The translations under genes were made by a program, and so were the position numbers. The notes beneath the pieces were generated by a model that did not search any database, was not told where the DNA came from, and saw only the letters and a list, made by a program, of their open reading frames with translations. DNA of 64,000 bases from Macrostomum lignano (taxonomy: Eukaryota): the NCBI GenBank assembly GCA_002269645.1, contig NIVC01002193.1:62001-126000 (forward strand), written 5' to 3'. Position 1 is the stretch's first letter, and each line of letters starts with the position of its first letter. Shown in pieces: positions 24,455 through 35,423 of this stretch.

Positions 24455-27450
24455 ATGCAGCGCGATCGACGGGCAGTTGAGCTCGTGAGCCAGCACCTGG
24501 CAGACCCGGTGCCCGCTGAGCAGTGCCAGGAGCTGCTTCGGCAGTTGCACAAGCGACAGCAGAGCAGCAGAGGTTCAGACAGCGGGACTCTGGGCCGACT
24601 CGCTTGGCTTGTGTGCCGCCTGCTGATTCTGTGGGCCTTCGCCTCTGTGAGCCTGCGCTGCTTGGAAAACAGCTTCCCCACCGTGTCGAATTCGGTCCGC
24701 ACCGGCCGGGCTCTGTCCTACCTGAATTTGGTCTACCTGAAGTCTTACCGATGGCTGTCGGTGCAGCTGGGTGCGTACAAGTCCGAGTTTCTGCACAGCC
24801 GCGACCGGGAGGCCTGCCTGGTGCCAAATCCGTTCTACAGAGAGCCAGAGCTCTGCTGCGGCTGTCAGAAGCTGAAAAAAATTCCCAGAGTAGCTTTGAA
24901 CAATGAAGCGGGCCGGGCCGCTTACCGGCGCTCCATCGATCGGCACATTGTGCCGTTTCATGTCATCGACAGCGGCCACCGGCCCGTCAGCTTTGCGGAG
25001 CTGCGCAGAACGGTGGGTTCGGTGTATGGTAGAATGGATTGCTAATCTAGCCTAAATCAATAAAGGAATAGAATGGATTGCTAATCTAGCCTAAATCAAT
25101 AAAGGAATAGAATGGATTGCTAATCTAGCCTAAATCAATAAAGGAATAAAATGGATTGCTAATCTAGCCTGCATCAATAAAGGAATAGAATGGATTGCTA
25201 ATCTAGCCTAAATCAATAAAGGAATAGAATGGATTGCTAATCTAGCCTGCATCAATGAAGGAATAGAATGGATTGCTAATCTAGCCTGCATCAATAAAGG
25301 AATAGAATGGATTGCTAATCTAGCCTAAATCAATAAAGGAATAGAATGGATTGCTAATCTAGCCTGCATCAATGAAGGAATAGAATGGATTGCTAATCTA
25401 GCCTACATCAATAAAGGAATAGAATGGATCGCTAATCTAGCCTAAATCAATAAAGGAATAGAATGGATTGCTAGTCTAGCCTAAATCAATAAAGGAATAG
25501 AATGGATCGCTAATCTAGCCTGCATCAATGAAGGAATAGAATGGATTGCTAATCTAGCCTAAATTAATGAAGGAATAGAATGGATTGCTAATCTAGCCTA
25601 CATCGATGAAGGAATAGAATGGATTGCTAATCTAGCCTAAATCAATAAAGGAATAGAATGGATTGCAAATCTAGCCTGCATCAATGAAGGAATAGAATGG
25701 ATTGCAAATCTAGCCTGCATCAATGAGGGAATAGAATGGATTGCTAATCTAGCCTGCATTAATGAAGAATGGATTGCTAATCTAGCCTACATCAATAAAG
25801 GAATAGAATGGATTGCAAATCTAGCCTGCATCAATGAGGGAATAGAATGGATTGCTAATCTAGCCTGCATCAATAAAGGAATAGAATGGATTGCTAATCT
25901 AGCCTACATCAATAAAGGAATAGAATGGATTGCTAATCTAGCCTAAATCAATAAAGGAATAGAATGGATTGCTAATCTAGCCTGCATCAATGAAGGAATA
26001 GAATGGATTGCTAATCTAGCCTGCATCAATGAAGGAATAGAATGGATTGCTAATCTAGCCTAAATCAATAAAGGAATAGAATGGATTGCTAATCTAGCCT
26101 AAATCAATAAAGGAATAGAATGGATTGCTAATCTAGCCTAAATCAATAAAGGAATAGAATGGATTGCTAATCTAGCCTGCATCAATGAAGGAATAGAATG
26201 GATTGCTAATCTAGCCTGCATCAATGAAGGAATAGAATGGATTGCTAATCTAGCCTAAATCAATAAAGGAATAGAATGGATTGCTAATCTAGCCTGCATC
26301 AATGAAGGAATAGAATGGATTGCTAATCTAGCCTACATCAATAAAGGAATAGAATGGATTGCTAATCTAGCCTACATCGATGAAGGAATAGAATGGATTG
26401 CTAATCTAGCCTAAATCAATAAAGGAATAGAATGGATTGCAAATCTAGCCTGCATCAATGAAGGAATAGAATGGATTGCAAATCTAGCCTGCATCAATGA
26501 GGGAATAGAATGGATTGCTAATCTAGCCTGCATTAATGAAGAATGGATTGCTAATCTAGCCTACATCAATAAAGGAATAGAATGGATTGCTAATCTAGCC
26601 TATATCAATGGAAGAGTAGAATGGATTGCTAATCTAGCCTACATCAATAAAGGAATAGAATGGATTGCTAATCTAGCCTAAATCAATAAAGGAATAGAAT
26701 GGATTGCTAATCTAGCTTAAATCAATAAAGGAATAGAATGGATTGCTAATCTAGCCTGCATTAATGAAGAATGGATTGCTAATCTAGCCTACACCAATGA
26801 AGGAGTAGAGTGGATTGCTAATCTAGGCTGCCAATAAGAAAAAGCTGGCGTCACGCCAATCCCAGGTGCTGGAAGCCTGGTCCGAGGTAAGCGCCGGCTC
26901 CAACCGCGTTGCCTCGGTGCCTGCCGGCGGCCCGTCGACTCTGTCGGAGCTGCTGCAGTCGGAGGTGCCGCCCGCCAATGTCGAGCTGGTGTCCTGGATC
27001 TTCGGCCACATGTCAGCCATCAGAGCGGTGCGCAAGCTGGTGCCACGCCCGCCCTTCATCGTGCCGGACTCGGAGATCGGCCTGGCCAGGGGATTCTACT
27101 TGTTGGCCGGCGAACCGGGGTCAGCTGAGGACAAGTACATCGGCGACCTGAGCGAGTTCAACGGGCAGGTGGTGCTGATGGGCCTGCATGGAGTCCTGAG
27201 AGTCACTTTGTCGCACAAGTCGGCCTGCTGTCCCGGTAACCATGGCAACACGAGTGTGGTGCTGTCAGGCGGCCAGGCCGTAGTGGTGCCTGCCAGCTGC
27301 TACAGGGTGCACTTCAGCCGGCTGGCGGGCCCGCATGCCGAGCCGTACAGCCTGGTGTACGCGCTCACCACCTACTCGTCCACCGGCATCAAGCAGCCGG
27401 CACCAATCACCGGCCGGGTGCCGGAAACAGACGATGTCGAGGACGACTAG
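24455..27450 (+). CDS. C6orf89/BRAP-like membrane protein, paralog B
   Basis: Exon 1 24455-25012 (TM; CLVPNPFYREPELCCGC; donor ACG|GTGGGT, phase 0). Exon 2 from 26827 (or 26866) to 27450 (SAIRAVRKLVPRPPFIVPDSEI). Clear paralogy to gene A. Confidence 0.72.
25029..26826 (+). repeat. 39-bp minisatellite (~45 copies) making up almost all of the paralog B intron
   Basis: Unit TAGAATGGATTGCTAATCTAGCCTAAATCAATAAAGGAA. Confidence 0.97.
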
Positions 27451-27469
27451 GCTTCGCAAAGTGTATCCC

Positions 27470-28105
27470 ACACTTCACTTTCTCACACTTCCCCCTTCCA
27501 GTCTGCACCAGACACCCCAATTTTTTCTGCCCAGTGCAGCTCACACCCCATTTCCTTACACTCCCTCCTTCCAGTCTATCCCAGACACCCCAATTTTCTC
27601 TCCCCAGTGTCACCCACAACCCCATTTTCTCACACTCCCTCCTTCCAGTCTATCCCAGACACCCCAATTTTCTCTCCCCAGTGTCACCCACAACCCCATT
27701 TTCTCACACTCCCTCCTTCCAGTCTATCCCAGACACCCCAATTTTCTCTGCCCAGTGCCGCCCACACCCCATTTCCTCACACTTCCCCCTTCCAGTCTGC
27801 ACCAGACACCCCAATTTTCTCTGCCCAGTGCAGCTCACACCCCATTTCCTTACATTCCCTCCCTTCCAGTCTGCCCCCCGACCCCCAATTTTCTCTCCCC
27901 AGTGTCACCCACAACCCCATTTTCTCACACTCCCTCCTTCCAGTCTGCACCAGACACCCCAATTTTCTCTGCCCAGTGCCGCCCACACCCCATTTCCTCA
28001 CACTTCCCCCTTCCAGTCTGCACCAGACACCCCAATTTTCTCTGCCCAGTGCAGCCCACACCCCATTTTCTCAGACTTCACCCTTCCAGTCTGCCCCAGC
28101 CCCCC
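27470..28105 (+). repeat. ~74-bp C-rich tandem repeat
   Basis: CACACTCCCTCCTTCCAGTCTATCCCAGACACCCCAATTTTCTC... recurs at 27631 and 27705, and onward. Confidence 0.85.
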
Positions 28106-28730
28106 CCCCAATATTTTCTGCGCGATTGCATCAGCATTGCACTCTTACCCTCCACTGTATCCGTCTCTGCACCTTTGTACTTAAGCGTCATATTGAATAC
28201 ATATGGCTAATCGTCCATTCAGGCCGAAACGTTTGAAAATATATTTTTTAAAGAGTTCGCCTATTTTTTGTTGAATCATCACATTGGTTTTTTGGGTCTA
28301 GCATGGGGCAGAATAGCCTGTCAGGACTCTCTCGTCAAACTAGCTCGTACCTACATTCAATCCGTAGCGCGGCCCCATTAATTTGAGATTTCTGTACGAA
28401 AACTTGGCCCAGAAACTTTGGGGGCCAAACCCGCGTGTAGATAACATCCATTGTGCTTTGAGCATGACTGCTTGACTCCTCACAGGCTTGCGTGCGGGTC
28501 GAGTGTCGCTCTCTTGATTTGCGGCACAGTCCCTAAAGTTTCTCTGCAAAAACGAACTAACTACGAGAATACAGACATGCTAGCATTGACTTATTTTTTT
28601 CAGTGAAAAAGCGACTTCCTAAACGAGCAATTTTTGTCTATCCCTGTATCAGCAGAGAATTATAAGTGTATTTTACAATAGAAAAAAATCATACCTCTCT
28701 CATCTCAGCCTCCTTGCCGAATTCCCCGTT

Positions 28731-28797
28731 CGGTTTCAGACCGCGTGAGCGCAGCCGCCGGAGCGACTTTTAAATGCTCCGGTCGTCATGGTTACCG
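28731..28797 (-). promoter_or_regulatory. SECIS element (type II) of selenoprotein W-like gene 1
   Basis: CGGUAACC-AUGAC-GACCGGAGC-AUUU-AAAA-GUCGC(UCCG)GCGGC-UGC-GCUC-ACGC-GGUC-UGAA-ACCG: UGAN/NGAN core, helix II, unpaired AAAA, apical mini-stem and helix I. Confidence 0.85.
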
Positions 28798-28884
28798 TCT
28801 GGCGGTCGGGACTTCGGACGAGAGACCGAATGAGATTAGGGGGGGGGGGAGTTGTTAAAAAGTGAGTCCCGATGGTCAATATTT

Positions 28885-29845
28885 CTAAGTCGGCTGCTGC
28901 TGCTGTTGCTGCTTCTGCAAAGCCGCCTCCACCGCGGGCCAGATGTCATCAATCTCCGGAAAGCGGCCCTCGCGCAGCTTGGAAAATGTCTCAACTCTTT
29001 CAACAGTCACCTCGAATTTGTCTGTCTGCATCTTTGTTGCCTCGCCCGTCACCTCAAGATGTCTGGCGGCGCCGGTGCCAAAGCGGCCAAACAGGTCCTG
29101 CTTTAGCCGCCTGTACCGGCCGCCGTAGCCTCAGGCGCCGCTGCAGGTGGTGCAGATTGTGTTGATTGGGAAGCGTAAGACGTTAAGAATAAACGTTTTA
29201 CATGCAGTTTCAAAGGAACTAACACTGATTGCTACTTGAAGCGAGTATGGGCCGTTTTATTGGTTTCTAAGAAACTGGCGCGGATTTGAATCATTCGAGA
29301 ATGACCCCGATTGGCTGACTAATAAAAACACAAACAGATTTAAGCTTGATTGAACAATCAGCTGAACAGTAGTTATAGGTTTCTAAGAAACTGGCACCAA
29401 TTGCTACTTGAGCTAAATTGAGACAATCAGTCAGTTTCTAAGAAACCGGAACCAATTGCTGCTACTTGAGCTAAATTGAGACTATCGGTCAGTTTCTAAG
29501 AAACCGGCACCAATTGCTACTTGAGCTAAATTGAGACAATCAGTCAGTTTCTAAGAAACCGGCACCAATTGCTACTTGAGCTAAATTGAGACAATCAGTC
29601 AGTTTCTAAGAAACCGGCACCAATTGCTACTTGAGCTAAATTGAGACTATCGGTCAGTTTCTAAGAAACCGACCCGATAGGGATTTGATTTGTAATGACC
29701 CGATTGGTCAGCTTCTAAGAAACTGGCACTAATTCGACATGAGAAAGAATGAACAGATTGACTCATTCGGTGAGTCAGTTTCTGGTACTACCGTATAGTG
29801 CACAAGAACTCACCAATAGACTACGTGAATTCTGACCTTTCCCAT
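28885..29845 (-). CDS. SELENOW: Selenoprotein W-like (Rdx family) gene 1, 95 aa, Sec at UGA 29133-29131
   Basis: Exon 1 29845-29814 (MGKVRIHVVY-TG|GTGAG) plus exon 2 29140-28885 (CTGCAG|C GGC GCC TGA GGC TAC) give MGKVRIHVVYCGAUGYGGRYRRLKQDLFGRFGTGAARHLEVTGEATKMQTDKFEVTVERVETFSKLREGRFPEIDDIWPAVEAALQKQQQQQQPT. CxxU motif as in SelW (VVYCGAUGY); SECIS about 90 nt after the stop. Confidence 0.9.
29380..29690 (+). repeat. ~55-bp tandem repeat in the SelW-like gene 1 intron
   Basis: Unit TTTCTAAGAAACCGGCACCAATTGCTACTTGAGCTAAATTGAGACAATCAGTCAG. Confidence 0.85.
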
Positions 29846-30164
29846 TGCTATAATTCGTTATTGCTGCTGAGTTGATGAACTTGTTGCTGTCTTCTACAAT
29901 TATAACAATTTGCTAAGCAGACAAACTTTTCTCATCAACCCATTGGCTTTTTTACCAGAGTAAGAGCAGCAGAAGCTGGACAATAAACTGTACACTCATA
30001 GCTGTGTACATGCCTAACAGTGCAGCCAGAGAGAGAGAGAGAGAGAGACCGCTATCTCAAGTCTTAACTCTATCCAGAGCTCGCAAGAACTCAAATCTTC
30101 GTCAAAAACGCGGTAGGAAGCCCGACAACTGTCTCTTGTTGCAGTGAAGGCTCGCATTGTTATA

Positions 30165-30220
30165 GTCCTCACCACAGATACTAAATACTGTATTTAGTAT
30201 TTAGTATCTGTGGTCCTCAC
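30165..30220. mobile_element. 40-bp transposon footprint: 16-bp TIRs between 8-bp direct repeats
   Basis: GTCCTCAC|CACAGATACTAAATAC-TGTATTTA-GTATTTAGTATCTGTG|GTCCTCAC. Confidence 0.75.
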
Positions 30221-30239
30221 CGCGAGCGCAACCAGCTGA

Positions 30240-31050
30240 TGAGGACTGAGCAGTGAGAGACGGCTAGACAGTGCTGGAATTTTCCAATCACTCATCCAGC
30301 GCGTGATTTCTCGTACTCCTAACAAAAACAACAACAGAATACGCAGTTAGCGTCATAGGGCGCGCCCTAAGGCCAGGTCGCGAATGAACGCCCCGCCGCC
30401 GGCCGAGTCCGGGGCGCCGGCGTCAGCCAGTAGGCAATCGACGAAATGCCGAGTGCGGGCCTGCCCCCGCCGGTAGGGTGCCTGCAGCGTTAGCAGCAGC
30501 ACCTCCTGCACCGGCTCTGGGCAGTACGACTCGGCGCGGATGATGTGGACTGCCAGCTGGAGTCGCCGACGCCGCAACAGGTCGCTTGGACGGACCAGGC
30601 CGGCGCGGCGATACAAAGGCGCGTTGGTCGCTCGCTCGAAGCCGATCTTGAAGGCCGCGCGCAGCAGGCCAGCGGGCGTCGCGTCAACATGTTGCTCGAG
30701 CGACTCCGTCAGCGTCCAGGTCTCGGCGTTGTACAGCAGGACGGTTTCGATCACCTCCTGAAACAACGCCGCCCTCTGGCGGTCAGGTAAGGCCTCGGAC
30801 TGCAGGACTGCCCTAACAGAACGAAAGGGAGCCCAGGCAAGCCCGCGGCGACGCCGCAGATCCTCGCGGACGCCGGGAACCAGACCGCCGAGGTAGACGA
30901 ACTGCTGACAAAGCGGAAGCTCTGTCGCCTGTCCATCAGCGCCTCGGCACAAAATCGCAGCCTCGATGTCGTCCGGCACGCAGAGCACGACGGTCTTCTG
31001 CGTGTTGACCACCAGGCCGATACTCGCCGCAACAGCAACAAGCTTGTCCA
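30240..31050 (-). mobile_element. 5'-truncated non-LTR retrotransposon (RTE-like), RT C-terminal region
   Basis: ORF 31012-30353 extended upstream reads LDKLVAVAASIGLVVNTQKT...FVYLGG...LLYNAETWTLT...LQLAVHIIR, typical of the RT thumb / C-terminal region. 3' boundary uncertain. Confidence 0.85.
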
Positions 31051-31516
31051 GTGCTCCAGTGCTCCCGTGCTCCCGGCTGTGTCAGTTTTATGACGAAAAG
31101 AATCTGCAAATCGAGCTGATCCTCGAATTGATGCACTCTTCCTCTTTGGGAATTGTAGTCTGTATCTCCGACAAACTGTATTGAACATAAACTGCATTTA
31201 GAGACAAAAAAGTAGCAGAGATAATCGCCCCCGAAACAAAGCATTGGTTTCACTATTCGGTCTAAAGTACTCACTGCTCAAAAGTGGGGTTCAACACCGA
31301 GTATATAATAATAGTATAGTTGCACGTGACCAAGTGCTTCATAAAAAGCAGATATCCAGACCAATTTATGATTTAATTTTTTCAAAGCTGTTTTTTAGAT
31401 TTTCCATTACAAATAGTCTAAAAAAGCGGCAAAACGTTTTGTTGTCTTATTTTCCAGGTGACCCTTCGGGGCTCTCCCCAAATTCCCACTCGAGGTGGCG
31501 GCCCGTTTAGAGCCGC

Positions 31517-31580
31517 CGATTTCGGACCGTGGGCTCAGCCACCTGAGTGGCTTTTACTGCCCTGGTCGTCATGGTTACCG
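31517..31580 (-). promoter_or_regulatory. SECIS element (type II) of selenoprotein W-like gene 2
   Basis: CGGUAACC-AUGAC-GACCAGGGC-AGU-AAAA-GCCAC(UCAG)GUGGC-UGA-GCCC-AC-GGUC-CGAA-AUCG; compensatory changes relative to the first SECIS. Confidence 0.88.
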
Positions 31581-31714
31581 TCTAATGGGACTTTGGAAGA
31601 GGGGCCCGCAAAAGTGCAGATATATATACTAGGTATAGAAAAAGTTCGTTAAGCCAAGCAGTTCAAGAAGAGAAGCGACTTCAGCCGCAGCCAGGCGATT
31701 TAATTGTTCTACTC

Positions 31715-32625
31715 CTATTTCTGCTGCTTCTTCAGGGCGGCCTCAACCGCCGGCCAGACGTCATTGATCTCCGGGAAGCGGCCCTGGCGCAGCTTTGAAA
31801 ACGCTTCGACTCCATCGATTGTCACCTCGAATTTGCCCGTCTGCGTCTTCGTGGCCTCGCCGGACACCTCGAGCTGGCTGGCGGCCTCGGCGCCCAGACG
31901 GCCCAGCAGGTCCTGCTGGAACCGCCTGAACCGGCCGCCGTAGCCTCAGGCGCCGCTGCAGTGGCGCGAATTCAATTTGGGGTTGAGATGAAGTTGGTTT
32001 CTTGGAATCTTCGATGATCAAACTGCTAGCTATTTTCTATGAATTTGCCAGCAAATGTGGCGCGAATTCAATCTGGCCAAAAGTTGATTAAATTAATATG
32101 GTTCATTTCTAAGAATATTTCTGAAAGCTTCTATAAGTTTAACGCGTTTTAACAGCACCATCTGCGTGGTGTGGATTTATGAAAGCACTATGGTGATTTA
32201 AACCTTGGCGCACTTCAAGCGACATTGTCGCACAACCGGCGAGAGGCATTGCTGCCCATTCCGCCGACTCCCCTGAGCAGGCACACAAGCGCGCGGATAC
32301 GTACGCAGTCATACGCACAGGCACACACTCACACAGGAGTGTACAGCGGCCCTAACTTTATGTATCGTTAGGCATGTACACTTCACTGTGCCTTGGGGGG
32401 TTGGCCCTCGAGGCCGTTAACTGCACGAGCAGAGCCAAGCCGAGATTCCAATTCAGCCCCAAATTAATGTGACTGCACTTGGAATCGAGCCTGGGCCGCT
32501 GGCACATCAGAGCGCCGCGCCAGACCACTGGGCTACGCCCCCCCCCCCCTAGATTCAGTTACAAAGAAACAGTGAACTCTTGCCAGAGCTTACCAGTAAA
32601 CAACGTGCACTTTCACTTTTCCCAT
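31715..32625 (-). CDS. SELENOW: Selenoprotein W-like (Rdx family) gene 2, 90 aa, Sec at UGA 31948-31946
   Basis: Exon 1 32625-32594 (MGKVKVHVVY-TG|GTAAG) plus exon 2 31955-31715 give MGKVKVHVVYCGAUGYGGRFRRFQQDLLGRLGAEAASQLEVSGEATKTQTGKFEVTIDGVEAFSKLRQGRFPEINDVWPAVEAALKKQQK. Same intron position and phase as gene 1; SECIS downstream. Confidence 0.9.
31958..32545 (-). mobile_element. tRNA-derived SINE (second family), near full length, filling the SelW-like gene 2 intron
   Basis: Head GGGGCGTAGCCCAGTGG (A box) ... GGCTCGATTCC (B-box-like); the body is collinear with 63060-63610 and partly with 42660-43075. Confidence 0.75.
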
Positions 32626-33370
32626 ATCAGTATTCAAAGGGTTTTCTCCCACTTTTTAGCTCAGAGCTGTACGAGTTTAATTAAGCTGGAAGATGTCAGT
32701 TTTGTGGTCTTGTTCTTTTATGCGCTCGCGAAGCTGTTTTATCTTGTTGATGAAAGAGTACGCATGTACATAGGCTGAGTGTACAGTGTGGACATGGCAT
32801 ACACTGTACTCTCAGTGTTTATTGCTGTACAGCTCATCCGATTTGAATGACAGACAAAACCGGTCCAAACCGGAATGCTTCATCATGGTTGTGCACTCAC
32901 TGTCACAGTTGAGAGAGCAGCGTGAGTTTCAACTATTCTTTTGTTAATCTGACAACCTGGTTTAATCTCGAAAGCAGTAAGGCACCGTCATAGTTCTAAC
33001 CCATTGTACTTAGACTGTCACACGTCTCCCTCTGTACAGAGCATTCCATACAGTCTCAATCAAATCCAGCTGAGAGGTCTAAGCAACAAAGGCGTGCCAA
33101 TGAGAGCCGTGGAACTGTCTGTCGGGAGGGGGGGCGGGCGTTGCTATAGAAACTTCCTGCATAGACCTGCGCCACACTCCCAAGGCGTATGTGGTGTACG
33201 CTCAAAACAGTTTTTGGACAATAGATTATTGGTTTTAGAGTGCTAAGTTATTCTAGCTGTGCATAGGAAAAATAAAGTAGATGACAGGTAAAAATAATCA
33301 TGGCACCAGGGGCATACTACCAAACAGAGGTTAGTTTTGCTCGTAAATATAGTTGAGCGAACCATCTGGG

Positions 33371-34290
33371 CAGAGTCGGCAAAATCTGGCCCGCAAAGCG
33401 TCTCTATCCGCCCCTCGGGTTTTTTGAAACTTCAAAACAGCCAACCGGCCCGCTCAAGCTCTCGTCTCTCCTCTCTCACCTCTTCTCTCCTCTTTCCCCT
33501 CTTCTCTCTTTTCTCTTCTCTCCTTTCTCCCCTCTCCGCTCTTTTCTCTTCTCTCCCCTCTTCTCTCTTTTTCTCTCTCTCTTCTCAGCTTCCCTCGTCT
33601 CTCTTTTCTCTTCTCACCTCTCTTCCCTCGTCTCTCTTTTCTCTTCTCTCCTCTCTTCCCTCTTCTCTCTTTTCTCTCCTCTCCTCTCTCCCCTCTTCTC
33701 TCTTTTCTCTTCTCTCCCCTCTTCTCTCTTTTCTCTCCTCTCCTCTCTCCCCTCTTCTCTCTTTTCTCTTCTCTCCTCTCTTCCCTCTTCTCTCTTTTCT
33801 CTCCTCTCCTCTCTCCCCTCTTCTCTCTTTTCTCTTCTCTCCCCTCTTCTCTCTTTTTCTCTCCTCTCCTCTCTCCCCTCTTCTCTCTTCTCTCCTCTCT
33901 TCCCTCTTCTCTCTTTTCTCTTCTCTCCTCTCTCCCCTCTTCTCTCTTTTCTCTTCTCTCCCCTCTTCTCTCTTTTCTCTCCTCTCCTCTCTCCCCCCTT
34001 CTCTCTTTTCTCTTCTCTCCTCTCTTCCCTCTTCTCTCTTTTCTCTTCTCTTCCCTCTTCTCTCTTTTCTCCCATCTCCACTCCTTTCTCTTCTCTCCAC
34101 TCTACTCTTATCATCTCCTCTCCTCGTCTCTCTCATCTCATCTCTTTGCACTTCTCTCCCTCTCTATTTCCTTTCCTTTCTGCTCTAATCTGGCCCGCAG
34201 CCATAAGCTAAGGTTATGGCTGCAGGTTTTTGAAGTAATCTGGTATCTGGTTTTTGGTATCTGGTTTTTGAAGTAAAAAAGTTTGCCTGA
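33371..34290 (+). mobile_element. hAT-like non-autonomous element with internal CT-rich tract (33465-34180)
   Basis: Left end CAGAGTCGGCAAAATCTGGCCCGC; right end AAAAAAGTTTGCCTGATC; same family as 2000-3222. Confidence 0.55.
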
Positions 34291-34485
34291 TCTAAAGGAA
34301 TTATTTACAACTTCATAAGACAAACTTAACGAAGATGATCAGTTTAAAATGGAAAGTCTAATACCAAATGAAAGGCAAATTAACGCTAGACTCGTAGTGA
34401 AATGTGAGTTTCAGTGATCGTATATGATCTTGTGTAGCTCGTATTTATATAAATACGTCAGTTTTAGTATTAGTAGATTATATTT

Positions 34486-35108
34486 ATGCGGCGGCCAGCA
34501 TTCCTGGAATTGAAGTGCCAGCACGAGGGCCCGGCGGCGGTCTGCGTCAACTGCGGCGGCTCGCACCGCACCACCCAGTCGAGCCTGCACCGTCGCTTAG
34601 GCGGAGCACGACAAGGCGACCAGAGCGGCTGCAGAGGCCAGTGCCGCCCATGCGCTGCCTGCGTCAAGTGAGCCCGACGACGACTCCGCCGCCGACGACT
34701 CCGACAGCGGCTGGCTGATCCGCCAAGGCCGACGCACAGTGCCGGCACCTGCCGCGATCCGGCCGCTTGTCATCGTGACCGAAGATGCCAAGAGCGCTCC
34801 TGCGGCCGAGACCGAGTCAGCCAGCAGCAGCTGCCAGCGCCGATGCCAATGCGACTGCCGCGTCAGCTGATGCCGGCCAAGCGTTGCAGCTGCAGCTTAG
34901 TGACTTTGTGTCGGTGGTGAGCATGTTGCTGCCCCTGATCACCCGCTCTCTGACTCAAGTGGTTGTGCAGGCCCTGTCCCGACCGCCTGGTGAGGTCCTC
35001 ACTGTCGAATCAACCAGTAAAATGGTTGAGGACATTGTGCATGATGCACTCCAGGAAGTGCCGGGCATGGCTGGTGTGACCACTGAGTCCTATACTAGTC
35101 TCAGGTAG
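34486..35108 (+). pseudogene. Decayed gag-like (LINE ORF1-type) zinc-knuckle fragment inserted in duplication unit 1
   Basis: CQHEGPAAVCVNCGGSHRTT.SRAC resembles a CCHC knuckle and is interrupted by a frameshift and a TAG. The stretch is absent at the equivalent position of unit 2. Confidence 0.5.
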
Positions 35109-35423
35109 CTAAACTCAGGCAGCCAACAAAATAAAACTGCGGCAGGTTCTTCGGAACTGATCCGGGCCGGTTTTTTACGGCACAAGTTTTAACAAAAAAA
35201 TAAATAATTAGTCAAACAAAACCTGCACTACAAGCAATAGCACAGGTTTTTGTTTTTGTTTGCTATATATTTATCGCGAAATACTACTAAACTATTCAGT
35301 AGTGAAAAAAGCGCATGTTATACGCAAGTCAATTTTTAAAACGAAAAATGTCGCCATATTGCGTCATTTTGTTCTTTCCACAGAGGAGACCTCGAAGGGA
35401 CAGACAGAAGCTGTTCTCTCGCA

